The notes: a model not told the origin generated them from the letters alone. A DNA stretch of 59,428 bases from a virus (IMGVR_UViG_3300027787_000003:1-59428); one strand, 5' to 3'. Counted from the first letter of the stretch, positions 27,120 through 37,216 are shown. A program made the numbers and translations.

Positions 27120-28832
27120 TCAGTTCTCGATGCCCCGGTCCAGCACCTTCGCGGCGAACTTGATCGAGATTTCGTCGCTCAGGCGGGCCTTGGTCATGTT
27201 GTCGAAGTCAACGATCTTCAGCGTGCGGGCGAGGGCGCGCTGCTTGTCGCTGGGCGGCTGGTTGCGCCGCCAGCTCGCCGTGCGCGCCGGGAGCCGCTGA
27301 TCGCTCTCGACAATCCACACCTCGGCGGCTTCGAGCGCCGAGGGCAGGTCGGTGTAGTCGGGACCGTCGTGGCTGACGTACCGGCCCGAGGCGGTGACCC
27401 AGCCGCCCTTGCCGGTGCGGGAGTTGATCTGGCCGACGCACCAGCGGGTGGACTCGATGGTCTCGCCGGTCGGGCCGGGCCGACCGGGGCGGTAGCCGTC
27501 CTCGGGCCAGACGAACACGATTTCGTTGTTCTCCATCAGGTTGATGAACGGCACGCCCTTCGGGGTCTCCAGCCAGAGGGTGTCATCGTTGGCGAGCAGG
27601 TCGATGGTCACCATGTCCACCGGACCCATGCGAACCGGCTTCGGGGCAATCTCGACGTCATCGGCGTAGGTGTCGTCGGCCAGCTCGATCAGCTCGCCGG
27701 TCTCATCGACCTCCTTGGCGTCCACGCCTGGGATGAGCTGGGTCAGGTTGACCAGCTTCATCTGCCGCGCCGACCCGGCCAGGTCGAGCACCAGCGCGTC
27801 GGCCTTGCCGTCGAACAGGCGCAGCGAGCGACCGATCATCTGCGAGTACAGGTTGCGCGAGCGGGTCGGGCGGGCCAGCACCACCGCATCGCACATCGGA
27901 AAGTCAGCGCCCTCGGTGAGCACCTGGACGGTCACCAGCGCCCGCGCCGCGCCCGAGCGGAAGTCGTCGTAGATCGGCTGGCGGTCGGCGTAGCTGATGC
28001 CGCCGGTCACCGCGACCGCCGGGTAGTCGGCGTCGGTCAGCGCGTCGGCGATGTGGTGGGCGGCGTCAACGCTGGCGGCGAAGATGATCGGGCGGCGGTC
28101 GGCGGCGTGCAGCTTGATCGCGTCCACCACGTAGTCGGTTGCGGCCTCCATGACCTCGGCCAGCTCTCCCTGGTGGAAGTCGCCCGCCACGTTGCGGACG
28201 TCATCGAGCTTGTCGAGGCCCTTGATGCGGACGGTCAGCCCGTGAGGCTTGACCAGGAAGCCCTTTCGGATCGCCCAGGCGATGTCCTTCTCGTAGGCGA
28301 TGCTTTCGATGACGTCGCCGAGGCCGATCACGCCGCGCTGGTCGCGGTACATCGTGGCGGTGAACCCGGCCATCAGCGCGTGGTCGTAGCCGCCCAGCTC
28401 CGAGAACGTCGTGTGGAAGCCCTCGGCTCCCGCGTGGTGAACCTCGTCCCAGTAGATGCGGGTGCGCTTCCCGAGGGCCTGGCGGCGGTGGGCGGTGGCG
28501 AGGGTCTGCAACGTCGCGAACACGATCGGGCAGTGGTGGTCGTCCTCCTCGGCGCGGACGATGCCGATGTCGGTCAGCGGGATCGTGGGATCGACCGCCA
28601 GCAGGTCGCGCTTCATCTGGTCGAGCAGCTCGCCGCGATGGGCCAGCGCCACGACCGGCTCGCCAGCGCGGTAGTCGCGGCGGATGCGCTCGCCGATGAC
28701 GGTCGATTTGCCCGAGCCGGTCGGGAGGACGACGCCTGTGCGGCGCTTCCCGGCGGTCCACTCGCGCTCGATGGCGTCGGCGGCGGCGGTCTGGTAGTCG
28801 CGGAGCTGGCGGGGTGCTTGGGTGGCGGTCAT
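27120..28832 (-). CDS. Superfamily 2 DEAD/DEAH-like DNA helicase
   Basis: LRDYQ, PTGSGKS, DEVHH, GFTAT, LTEGAD, QMIGRSLR. Confidence 0.95.
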   Translation of the reverse strand: MTATQAPRQLRDYQTAAADAIEREWTAGKRRTGVVLPTGSGKSTVIGERIRRDYRAGEPVVALAHRGELLDQMKRDLLAVDPTIPLTDIGIVRAEEDDHHCPIVFATLQTLATAHRRQALGKRTRIYWDEVHHAGAEGFHTTFSELGGYDHALMAGFTATMYRDQRGVIGLGDVIESIAYEKDIAWAIRKGFLVKPHGLTVRIKGLDKLDDVRNVAGDFHQGELAEVMEAATDYVVDAIKLHAADRRPIIFAASVDAAHHIADALTDADYPAVAVTGGISYADRQPIYDDFRSGAARALVTVQVLTEGADFPMCDAVVLARPTRSRNLYSQMIGRSLRLFDGKADALVLDLAGSARQMKLVNLTQLIPGVDAKEVDETGELIELADDTYADDVEIAPKPVRMGPVDMVTIDLLANDDTLWLETPKGVPFINLMENNEIVFVWPEDGYRPGRPGPTGETIESTRWCVGQINSRTGKGGWVTASGRYVSHDGPDYTDLPSALEAAEVWIVESDQRLPARTASWRRNQPPSDKQRALARTLKIVDFDNMTKARLSDEISIKFAAKVLDRGIEN

Positions 28833-28919
28833 GTCGGCTTTCGGGTCGGGTGGCGGGAGGCGTGTGCGGGTGCGTGTGGTGTGCCAGTCGCTCGGGGTCG
28901 CCGGGCGACCGGCCCACCT

Positions 28920-28949
28920 ACACTAACCCATAAATGTCGGGCTTGTCTA
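28920..28949 (-). promoter_or_regulatory. SigA-like promoter with operator variant (copy 2)
   Basis: - strand TAGACA-AGCCCGACATTTATGGGT-TAGTGT. The -35 overlaps the primase stop codon. Confidence 0.7.
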
Positions 28950-31778
28950 GTCGGAATCGGTGACCTCGGCGGCAGCCGCCGCGCGGGCCTGATCAGCCGT
29001 CGCCAGGTCGGGGATGTACCGCGAGCCTGAGGGCGTGCCGGTCAAGGTCTGAATGAGCTGGTACCGCAGGCCCTTGTCCACAGCCTCGCCGATGCGCTGC
29101 TTCCAGTAGGCCGAGGTGTCCGACCGAGAGCGGGCGTAGGCGTCGGGGTGGATCGCCTGAACCAGCTCGGTACGGGTCGCGCCCTGCATCGACAGACCAT
29201 CGACGTGCTCGCGGATGCGGATGGCGGTCTCCACGACCGGCTCGGGCAGCGCGCGAGCCAGCACGACCTCGCCCTGCATCGGGTCGATCGTGCCCGAGGG
29301 CGAGGTGATCAGCGGCGCTCGCGTGTCACCGGGGAGGTCGAAGTTCATCATCAGCAGCGGGATCGCGTCCTCCAGTTGCTCGGCGTTCTTCTGCTTCGAC
29401 GTCCAGACCTCGATCGGCTTGCCCGGCAGCCGCCCGTTGTCGTCGGCGATCTGCTGGGTATCCCAGGTCGCCGCGCGGACCAGAAGCTCGCTGTCGAGAG
29501 CGCCGTTCAGCGCGCTCGACCCACGGGCCACGCCCTGGTCGTGCTTGGCGGTGTGATGCACCACGGCGACCCCGGCGTTCGTCAGCTCCTTGAGCTTGTC
29601 GAACCGGCGAACCGCCCGCCCGACGTCGGTCGCTGAGTTCTCCTCCAGCCCAGCCGACATGCGGGCGAAGGTGTCGAAGATGACCAGCCCGACGCCCTGG
29701 CGGGCGATGTAGGCGGCGATGTCGCCCCAGGCTTCGTTCTGGGCGTTGACCAGGATGATCCCGTTGCCGAGCAACAGGTTCTCGTCCAGCTCGACGTCGT
29801 GCGCCGCCTCCCAGGCCCGAATGCGCTGAACCGCGCCGGAAAGGCCCTCGCCGGGGAGGTACAGCACCCGTGTCTTGAGTGTCTGGCGACCCTGCCAACG
29901 CTTCCCGGTCGCGATGTGGCACGCCATGTCGAGCGCCACCGATGACTTGCCGATCCCCGGCGGGCCGATGATCGCGCTCAGCCCGCCGTGTTCGATCAGG
30001 CCCTCGATGATGAACTCCGGTGGCGGCATGTCGCGCCAGTGGGAGAACGGCGCGATGCGGGGAACGCCGTTGTGCTTGGAGTCGAACACGTCGGGGTCGC
30101 CGTCCTCGACGTCATCGCGGTACGGGCTGGCGGTCTCGGCCTTGCCGAAGTCAGCCGGTAGGTCGCTGAGGTCGGCGGCGTACTCGGTCGGCTCGGGCTG
30201 GCCCTGAGGTTCGCTCTCCGAACCCGGCAACGGGTCGCCCGTGCGAGGGTCGGTGTCGGTGCCGTCGGCGCGGTGCCCGCCGGTCTCGGCGGCGTCGTCC
30301 TCGTCGCGGGCGTGCCACAGAACGCCGTCGTCGTCGCTGACGAACAAGCCCTCGGCGGACTGGCACGCGGCGCAGAAGTCAGCGGCCACGCCGCCCTCAG
30401 CCTCGAACGCCGCCTCGGCCTCGGCCATCTCCTGCTCGGGGTCGGGCTGGCCCGGCCCGTTGCCGTAGTCGGGCAGCTCGAAGTCGCCGTTGCCGCTCTT
30501 GTCGAGGTCGGCGTCCACGCCCTTGGGATCAAGGCCCGGCTCCACGCTCAGGTCGGGCGTGACGCCCATTTCGTCCATCGCCCGCCCGACGTTGCCGCCG
30601 AAGTTGATCAGCGCGACCGCCTGGAGCTTGGAGAACGTCGGCGACCAGCCCGGCTCGTCCATGTGGTCGGTGAACGGCGGCGCGTCGTGGTCGGTCCACA
30701 GGTGAAGCGGCGCATTGACCTCGGTGTAGCGACCGGCGGTGCAGCCCGTGTCGTGAGCGGTGGCCGACTTCGGGCTGGCGTGGTTGCCCGGCGCTGTCCA
30801 GACCGCGCACCCGCAGTTGTCGGCGCGCGGCGCGGGCACCCAGCCCATCGGCTGAAGGATCGACTCCCACGACACGCCCTCGGCCCAGGCATCGACCGCG
30901 CTGGCAAGGTCGCCGTCCTCGCGGTCGCGCTGGCCCGCCTCGGCGCGCTGAACCCGGCGCTCCCCGGCCTCCATGATGGCGCGGGCCAGCCAGTCGGGCA
31001 GCTCGTAGACGTGGCCGAGCTGTTCGTACTTGCCCTCGGGCCGGGTCGAGGGCGGGATCAGCACATAGCGCCGGTCCCAGAGCACGGCGAACCCGTTGTC
31101 GCCGCCCCAGGTCATCGCGCCCAGGTGACGCGGCAACACCGGCAGCAGCTCATCGGGCACGGTGAACCAGAAGTGACCGCCGTCGGCGTGAGACCAGGTG
31201 GACGGGTCGGCGGGGTCGGCGTCCGGTCCCATGTGGCCGGGCGTGAGCACCGTCGGCGGAATGAACTGGTCGCCCACCTCGGCCACCTCGAACCAGCGGG
31301 CCATCTGCCCTTTCGTGTCGCAGTCGATCACGACCACGCCCGAGCCGCCGACCTCGACGGCGAGGTTCACAGCGGCGGGCATCGTCATCGCGATTTCGCC
31401 AGCGTCGAGGCGCTTCTTCGAGTAGGTGACCTCCTGGCCTCCCTCGACCTCGGCCCAGGTCGAGAACAGCTCGATGTACCGCTTCAGGTAGCGGTCGAGG
31501 GTGGCCTTGTCCGACGTCGCCAGCGCCAGCCCGGCGGGACTCTTGACCGTGGCCCAGTCCCGGCGACCGGCAGCCTGAGCCGCCTCGCGCGCGGCCTTGT
31601 CGTCGGCGTTGCGCTTGGCCGGGGTCCGCAGGTCAGCGGGCACCTTGGAGTCGGGGTAGATGAACAGCAGACTCAGCCCGAGGTCGGCGGCTGAGCGGAC
31701 GAACGCCCGTACGGCGTCGTGGTCGCGGTTGTCGATGCCCGAGCCGAGGACGGCTTCGAGCGGGGCACTTCCGAGCAT
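28947..31778 (-). CDS. Primase-polymerase / AAA (RepA-like) helicase fusion
   Basis: Prim-pol motifs VIDCD, GGHFWF, YVLIPPS. C-terminal GPPGIGKS, IFDT, VHHT, RGSSA. Confidence 0.9.
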   Translation of the reverse strand: MLGSAPLEAVLGSGIDNRDHDAVRAFVRSAADLGLSLLFIYPDSKVPADLRTPAKRNADDKAAREAAQAAGRRDWATVKSPAGLALATSDKATLDRYLKRYIELFSTWAEVEGGQEVTYSKKRLDAGEIAMTMPAAVNLAVEVGGSGVVVIDCDTKGQMARWFEVAEVGDQFIPPTVLTPGHMGPDADPADPSTWSHADGGHFWFTVPDELLPVLPRHLGAMTWGGDNGFAVLWDRRYVLIPPSTRPEGKYEQLGHVYELPDWLARAIMEAGERRVQRAEAGQRDREDGDLASAVDAWAEGVSWESILQPMGWVPAPRADNCGCAVWTAPGNHASPKSATAHDTGCTAGRYTEVNAPLHLWTDHDAPPFTDHMDEPGWSPTFSKLQAVALINFGGNVGRAMDEMGVTPDLSVEPGLDPKGVDADLDKSGNGDFELPDYGNGPGQPDPEQEMAEAEAAFEAEGGVAADFCAACQSAEGLFVSDDDGVLWHARDEDDAAETGGHRADGTDTDPRTGDPLPGSESEPQGQPEPTEYAADLSDLPADFGKAETASPYRDDVEDGDPDVFDSKHNGVPRIAPFSHWRDMPPPEFIIEGLIEHGGLSAIIGPPGIGKSSVALDMACHIATGKRWQGRQTLKTRVLYLPGEGLSGAVQRIRAWEAAHDVELDENLLLGNGIILVNAQNEAWGDIAAYIARQGVGLVIFDTFARMSAGLEENSATDVGRAVRRFDKLKELTNAGVAVVHHTAKHDQGVARGSSALNGALDSELLVRAATWDTQQIADDNGRLPGKPIEVWTSKQKNAEQLEDAIPLLMMNFDLPGDTRAPLITSPSGTIDPMQGEVVLARALPEPVVETAIRIREHVDGLSMQGATRTELVQAIHPDAYARSRSDTSAYWKQRIGEAVDKGLRYQLIQTLTGTPSGSRYIPDLATADQARAAAAAEVTDSD

Positions 31779-31811
31779 GGGTGTAGTCCTTCGTGGTCGT
31801 GGTCGAGCGGG

Positions 31812-32651
31812 TCAGTTGTCGAGGTCGGCGCGGCGCTTGACGATGCCGCCGCCGAGGGAGCTGTAGCCCACCTTGTCCACCCAGCTATCGGCGTGGTCGA
31901 GGTGGTGAATCAGCCGGGCGGTTTTCACCAGGTCGAGGCACAGGGCGACCTGCTCGGCGCTGACCGGGTGGCCGAACACGACCGCCCACAGCGCGCCGGT
32001 CTCGGTGAAGTTGTCGAGCGCATCGCCATAGTCGGCGTTGCGGTCGCCGTTCACCAGGTCAGCGGCCTCCTCGCAGATGGCGCGGGCGTGCTCGCCGGTC
32101 GAGGTCGGCGCGACCTGGCGCGCCCGGTCGAGCAGCGAGGTCACTTCGTCGGGACTGGCCGCTGGCGGGATGGGCGGTGGGTCGGCGTAGAGCTGAGGGC
32201 CTGGGCCGGTCCAGCCCTCGGCGGCGCGCAGGGCCGATTCGAGCGGGCCTGGCTCGCCGTCGCCGACCTCGGCGGTGACCTGGTGGCGACCCTCGCCCCA
32301 GTTCTCGGGCAGGCCAGCGGCCAGGCCGACCGGATCGCGGAGCGCCCTGGGAGCGTTGACGTGGGCAATCTCGTCGGTGGTCAGCGCGACCCGCGAGCCG
32401 TCGTCAGCCGGGCACCCGCCGACGTGACCGCCGACCCCGCGACAGGTGTCGCACGTCGCGGCGGGCGCGTGTTCGGGGCAGGCCGGGTCGAGCGTGGCCA
32501 GGTCGGGGCAAGAGCAGTCGCCGGGCATATCGAACCCATCGGTGCCGAAGCCCTTGACCGGGGGAAAGCCCTGGCCTCGGCCCGCGCCCTGGGAGTCGGC
32601 GGCGCGCTTGACCGCCTCGACATCGCGGGCGATGTCGTCCTGTCGTGACAT
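31812..32651 (-). CDS. DUF6378-like protein with Cys-rich N-terminus
   Basis: VNGDRNADYGDALDNF..LVKTAR..DSWVDKVGY. GAAAGG RBS. Confidence 0.65.
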   Translation of the reverse strand: MSRQDDIARDVEAVKRAADSQGAGRGQGFPPVKGFGTDGFDMPGDCSCPDLATLDPACPEHAPAATCDTCRGVGGHVGGCPADDGSRVALTTDEIAHVNAPRALRDPVGLAAGLPENWGEGRHQVTAEVGDGEPGPLESALRAAEGWTGPGPQLYADPPPIPPAASPDEVTSLLDRARQVAPTSTGEHARAICEEAADLVNGDRNADYGDALDNFTETGALWAVVFGHPVSAEQVALCLDLVKTARLIHHLDHADSWVDKVGYSSLGGGIVKRRADLDN

Positions 32652-32686
32652 GGTGGACCTTTCGTGGTTGTGGTTGTGAGCGAGGG

Positions 32687-33136
32687 TCAGACCGGCCAGC
32701 CTAAACCCTTGGGCGGCAACGGATTAGCTGCCGCTACATCTTGTGGTGCATCGTCGTGTCGGGCACTAGATCGGCGGTGCTTGGCCAGGTAGGCGTCCAT
32801 CTTGGCGCGCCAGTCGGCGTTCTCGTACCGCCCGAGGTCGCGGTTGCAGATGGTGCAGAGCAGCCCTCGAACACACTCGCCGCACGACTTCTCGCCGGGG
32901 CAGCAGTTGTGGTCGTGGTCAACGCTCAGCGCCGCCTCGCGACCGCAGATCGCGCATCGTCCCTCCTGTTCCTTGAATGTCTGGTCGAACCACTCGACCG
33001 TCCGGTTGTAGGTGCGCCTGAGGTAGTTAGCTCGGTGGCGTCCCTTGTCCCTCGGTCCCTTGGCTCGACGTCGCGCTTCTCGTTCTGGGTTCCATTTGCC
33101 GCCCATGACGGTCAGCTTAAACCTTGGCCCACGCAC
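32687..33136 (-). CDS. Endonuclease VII-family HNH nuclease
   Basis: QEGRCAICG..VDHDH..VRGLLCTICNRDLG. Start uncertain. Confidence 0.85.
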   Translation of the reverse strand: MRGPRFKLTVMGGKWNPEREARRRAKGPRDKGRHRANYLRRTYNRTVEWFDQTFKEQEGRCAICGREAALSVDHDHNCCPGEKSCGECVRGLLCTICNRDLGRYENADWRAKMDAYLAKHRRSSARHDDAPQDVAAANPLPPKGLGWPV

Positions 33137-34961
33137 CTCCCATGTCGGCTCGGTCGGTGCGAAGCGTCGGGGTTCGCTCGGCCCACTTGATCAGGAACGG
33201 CGGCGGCGTGAGCATGATCTGCTGCACCTCCTCGGCGACGGCGGTGTCCACCACCAGTTCGTCGTGCATCGCGAGCTGAAGGTGGTCGCCCAGACCCCGG
33301 CGCTCCATCTCCTCGATCGTCGCGGCGAGCACGTCGTAGGCCGATCCCTGGACGGTGTAGTTGACCGCCTTGAACACGCCGCCCTCGTCCACCGGCAAGA
33401 TGCGCCCGGCGGCGGTGACGGTGCAGCCGTGGGTCAGCGCCACCTCCTGCACCTTGAACATCCATCGCTCGGATCGCTTCATCGCCTCGAACATCTGCCG
33501 CCTGATCTGGGCGGCTGACTCCTCGGTGTGGCCGATGGTCGCGGCCATCTTCGTCGTGCCCTGGCCGTACATCGTGGCCAGCAGAACGACCTTGGCGGTG
33601 GGCCGGTCGATGCCGCAGCTCCGCATGATCGGCTCGTAGAGGTCAGCGCCCGCCTCGAACGGGCGCAGAAACGCCTCGTCCCGCGCCATCAGGCCCATGC
33701 AGACCGGCTCGATCTGGCTCCAGTCGATCGACGTCAGCCCTTGACCGTCGTCGCAGATCACCGGGCGCGCCTCGGCGGGGAACTGCTGAAGCTCGGGCGA
33801 GCCGTACGACATGCGGCCCGTGGCCGACGCGCCCAGCACGCCGACCTGAGGGTGGCACCGCCCGGTCACGCTGGCCTGGCGATCGACCTTGGCCAGGTAG
33901 CCCTCGACCTTCTCGATGACGGCGAGCTTTCGCTGGGCGGCGGCGAGCGGGTTGTGCTCGGCCAAGAACTCCATGTCCGCCTTGGTGGCCCTGGGCTTGC
34001 CGCCGGGCGTGCGCGGCCACGGCTGAGGCAGCTCGCCCCGGTCGGCGAGATACTGAATCAGCTTCGGCCCTTTGCCGGTCCCGCCCTCCAGCCCGTGCGC
34101 GGCCAGCTCGGCGATCGCCAGGTTGCGCTCGATGTCCACCTGTTCGGCGTACCGATCGAGGTAGGCGCGATCGACGTTCAGCCCGACCGCCGACCGGCGC
34201 AACATGACCCGGTGGACGGTCTCCTGGGTAGCGAGAAGGGCTTCCGCCTCGGCGTCGGTCGTCGCGCCGTAGGTGACGAACGGGTGGTCCTGGGACCAGC
34301 GGATGCCCTCGGCGCGCAAGACCGGCTCCAGCGCGAGGGTCGCCACGGTGTCGGCCATCGCCCCGAACCGATAGATCGGACTGTCGATGTCCATGCCCTC
34401 GAACCCGGCGGCTTGCGTCTTGTACCCCGCCGCCTTGAACGCCAGCGCCATCCCGCCCTTGTTATCGGCCAGGCCCAGGTGACGAATCGCCAGCGCCTCC
34501 AGGTTCTTCGGGATCATCACGTCGGGCAGCGCGAACCGCGCCAGCAGCAGCGTGTCGGTCAGGCGGTTGATCGTCGCCTTGCTGAACAGGCCCGCGTGAA
34601 ACAGCGGCGGCGTGTCGAACGGCGCATTGTGGAACACCAGCCGCGCCGCGTGGTCGAACAGCCGCTCGATCAGTTCGTGGTGCTCGCCGTCGCGCTGAGG
34701 GTCGAGCAAGATCGCCTGCACGTCGCCGTCGGGCCACGCCCAGGCAGCCGTGACGCAGTTGATCGTGAACGTGTTGTCGAGGCCGGGCGTTTCGATGTCG
34801 GCGGCGATGACCGTCGAGCGCCGGGGCAGCCGCGAGCAGAACCGCTCGACCGCCGCCACGGCGTCGGCTCCAGTGGCCAGGGTCGCGCCCAGGACGGGAT
34901 CGAACCACGATCGGCTCGGTACTCGCGGCGATCCCGCCCTGGCTGTGCCGGTGATGGTCAC
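33117..34961 (-). CDS. polA: Family A DNA polymerase with 3'-5' exonuclease
   Basis: ADIET, FHNAPFD, ATGRMS, IDWSQIE (motif A), RPTAKVVLLATMYG (B), VQGSA, MHDEL (C). Confidence 0.95.
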   Translation of the reverse strand: MTITGTARAGSPRVPSRSWFDPVLGATLATGADAVAAVERFCSRLPRRSTVIAADIETPGLDNTFTINCVTAAWAWPDGDVQAILLDPQRDGEHHELIERLFDHAARLVFHNAPFDTPPLFHAGLFSKATINRLTDTLLLARFALPDVMIPKNLEALAIRHLGLADNKGGMALAFKAAGYKTQAAGFEGMDIDSPIYRFGAMADTVATLALEPVLRAEGIRWSQDHPFVTYGATTDAEAEALLATQETVHRVMLRRSAVGLNVDRAYLDRYAEQVDIERNLAIAELAAHGLEGGTGKGPKLIQYLADRGELPQPWPRTPGGKPRATKADMEFLAEHNPLAAAQRKLAVIEKVEGYLAKVDRQASVTGRCHPQVGVLGASATGRMSYGSPELQQFPAEARPVICDDGQGLTSIDWSQIEPVCMGLMARDEAFLRPFEAGADLYEPIMRSCGIDRPTAKVVLLATMYGQGTTKMAATIGHTEESAAQIRRQMFEAMKRSERWMFKVQEVALTHGCTVTAAGRILPVDEGGVFKAVNYTVQGSAYDVLAATIEEMERRGLGDHLQLAMHDELVVDTAVAEEVQQIMLTPPPFLIKWAERTPTLRTDRADMGGAWAKV

Positions 34962-35332
34962 CTGATCCTCTCCCAGTTCCAGTCGTTCGGGTGGTCGGCG
35001 AGGTCGGTCACCTGGACGGCGTAGGTGCCGTCCTCAAGGGCCGACCGGCCCGCCTCGATGATGGCCGACGCCACGGCGCACCCGAACAGCTCGCCCTCGA
35101 TACGCTCGATCATCGGGTGCTGGACGTTCACCTGGTCGCGGGTCAGCTTCACCAGATGATCGCGGATGTGCATTCCCTCGGGCGGGTCGAGCAGGTCGCT
35201 CACCGCGTCGGGGTCGGGGCAGTCGTCGGCGCTGCACCTCACGTAGCCCTGGCCGGGGACCAGGCGCAGCGTGTCGTGTCCGCCGCACGCGGGGCAGTAC
35301 CCGAGCACGACCGGGGCGCTCTCGGCCATCAC
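34958..35332 (-). CDS. Hypothetical zinc-binding protein
   Basis: CPACG..C....CPDP. Coupled to the polymerase gene. Confidence 0.65.
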   Translation of the reverse strand: MMAESAPVVLGYCPACGGHDTLRLVPGQGYVRCSADDCPDPDAVSDLLDPPEGMHIRDHLVKLTRDQVNVQHPMIERIEGELFGCAVASAIIEAGRSALEDGTYAVQVTDLADHPNDWNWERIR

Positions 35333-35841
35333 TCTCCCTCCATCGCGTAGCCCACCATGTCGCGCTCGGGCGGCTCGGGCGCGACGTCGCGGTCCAGCCA
35401 GTCCTCGAAGTGCTCAGCGGTGGCCAGCACGATCGAGCTGGCCTCCAGCCCGAGCGGGATGCCGAGGCCCTGGTAGACCCTCGCCGCCGCCGCCAGCGCC
35501 GCCTCGCGCGCCCAGGTGCCGCCGTGGATTTCGCCGACCTCGGCCAGCGCCTCGGTCAGCACCGGCAGCTCCTCAGCCGCCGGGTACTGGTCAGGGTGGA
35601 ACGCGCCCAGGCGAATCACCTCGCACGGGAAGGTCACGCCCGCGTCCTCGATGGTGTGGGGCGACCAGCCGCCAGGGCTGATCCACACGACCACGCCCTG
35701 CTCGGGATCGACCTCGCGGCGCACGAACGCGACCGCCTCGCTGGTGGCGTCACCGGGGATGCGAAGCCAGCTAATGATCGTGCCGTCGGGGAGGGTGCGG
35801 AGGTGTCGGGAGTCGCGGATCATGCCGCTCGGGGTGCTCAC
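35329..35841 (-). CDS. Hypothetical protein
   Basis: 170 aa, 4-nt overlaps on both sides. Confidence 0.65.
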   Translation of the reverse strand: MSTPSGMIRDSRHLRTLPDGTIISWLRIPGDATSEAVAFVRREVDPEQGVVVWISPGGWSPHTIEDAGVTFPCEVIRLGAFHPDQYPAAEELPVLTEALAEVGEIHGGTWAREAALAAAARVYQGLGIPLGLEASSIVLATAEHFEDWLDRDVAPEPPERDMVGYAMEGE

Positions 35842-36302
35842 GACCGGCCCGTCTGGGTCGAGACCGCCACCTCGTAGGCGTTCAGCCGCTCGGTGATCGC
35901 CGCCGGGACGGGCGTGCCCTCGTAGCCGTGGCCGCGCTCGATGTCATGGCGCGACCAGTCGAAGTCGCGCGTGTTCACGTTGCGGTTGATGTCGCCGGTC
36001 CCGGCGAGCTTGCCTGACTTCAGCACGCGCGGGCCGGTGACGGCGATGCGGCTGAGGCGACCGTCGTCCCAGGTGGCGGTGAGCCAGCGCGGGCGGAAGG
36101 TCTGGGAGCCGTACTTGTGGGTCAGGTCAGGCACCGCGCCCGGCTCGATGGCGAACCGCGCGGTGTGCTCGACGCTGGTGCGCTCGGAGCCGTCGCCCTC
36201 GCGGTCGATGCGCGTCGAGGTGGTCGAGCGAAGGAACGTGATCCCGCCGTCGAGGTCGGTCGGGGTCGGGACCGGAATCGGTCCACTCTGGTCAGTTGGC
36301 AT
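35838..36302 (-). CDS. Hypothetical protein
   Basis: 154 aa, GGAGG RBS. Confidence 0.65.
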   Translation of the reverse strand: MPTDQSGPIPVPTPTDLDGGITFLRSTTSTRIDREGDGSERTSVEHTARFAIEPGAVPDLTHKYGSQTFRPRWLTATWDDGRLSRIAVTGPRVLKSGKLAGTGDINRNVNTRDFDWSRHDIERGHGYEGTPVPAAITERLNAYEVAVSTQTGRS

Positions 36303-36402
36303 GATCGCCTCCGTTGGTTGTGGTTCGGTTGGGGATGGCGGGCGGGCGCTGTGTGCTCAACGCCCGTCCGCCCCGCCGCCCGGCAGAGCGGCGGTTGCTC
36401 GG

Positions 36403-36690
36403 TCAGGCGACGGTCGCCTGGTCGTAGGCCATCAGGCCCGGTACGTCGGTGTAGTCGGCGGGCGGGCGCAGCGTGAGGGTCTGGTCATGGGCCAGGGTGG
36501 TCTCACGCTCAGCGCCCAGGCCGAACACCACATGCGTTCCGGTGCCGTCGTGGCTGAGCTGGCGCAGCTCGGCGGTGGTGATGGTGGCCACCTCAGCGCC
36601 GGGGTCGAACTCGCGGAAGCGGATCAGCGTGCCGATGTGACCGGCGTGCAGCTCCCCGGCGGTGATGGTCTCGCCCTTGTGCGCCGCCAT
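36403..36690 (-). CDS. Hypothetical protein
   Basis: 95 aa, TGATG coupling. Confidence 0.6.
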   Translation of the reverse strand: MAAHKGETITAGELHAGHIGTLIRFREFDPGAEVATITTAELRQLSHDGTGTHVVFGLGAERETTLAHDQTLTLRPPADYTDVPGLMAYDQATVA

Positions 36691-37115
36691 CAGCGAACGC
36701 CCTCTCCGGTGTCGTCAATCACCAGGGACGACTGGCCCTCCCCGGTGGAGAACCACCAGTTGCCGGTATCGCGGTCGAGCCACAGTCCGATCTGGCCGGG
36801 CTGGTCGGAGCAGTCCTCCTCGACGCACGTCGGGATGGCGTCGATGTTGCCGAACTCGCTGAGGTTGATCGTCGCCGGGCCGGGGCGATCCCCGGTGCCG
36901 GGGTGCGGCTGATCGGCGGGCGGGCCGGTCATCAGCTCGGCGAGCGATGTCGGCTGCCAGACCGGCGTCGGGTCGGTCAGCGCGCGGGCCAGATCGAGCG
37001 GGCTGACGCTGACCCCGGCGGGCGTGGTCGTGACCGTCGGCGCGGCGGTCGGGTTCGCCGAGCAACCTGCCAGGGCGAGCGCGATCGACGCGGCGGCGAA
37101 TGTGGGTCTGAGCAT
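36690..37115 (-). CDS. Lipoprotein
   Basis: Signal peptide with lipobox LALAGC. GAGGAG RBS. Confidence 0.75.
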   Translation of the reverse strand: MLRPTFAAASIALALAGCSANPTAAPTVTTTPAGVSVSPLDLARALTDPTPVWQPTSLAELMTGPPADQPHPGTGDRPGPATINLSEFGNIDAIPTCVEEDCSDQPGQIGLWLDRDTGNWWFSTGEGQSSLVIDDTGEGVR

Positions 37116-37201
37116 TGTGTTCTCCTCTGGTACCCGGCGGGCGTCTCCCGCCTGGGTTAGTCAGGTTATATCAGACGATCGGCCTCGGCGTCGAGGTGTT
37201 G

Positions 37202-37216
37202 CCCGACAATGGCGGG
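37202..37216. promoter_or_regulatory. Stand-alone operator copy
   Basis: CCCGAC-AAT-GGCGGG, an exact match to the core of the promoter-spacer operator, intergenic. Confidence 0.55.

Noticed and set aside
30100-30530. Intein or mobile insertion in the primase-helicase
   Set aside because: The segment is an acidic low-complexity linker with one CxxC. No intein splice motifs (C/S...HN) or LAGLIDADG signature.
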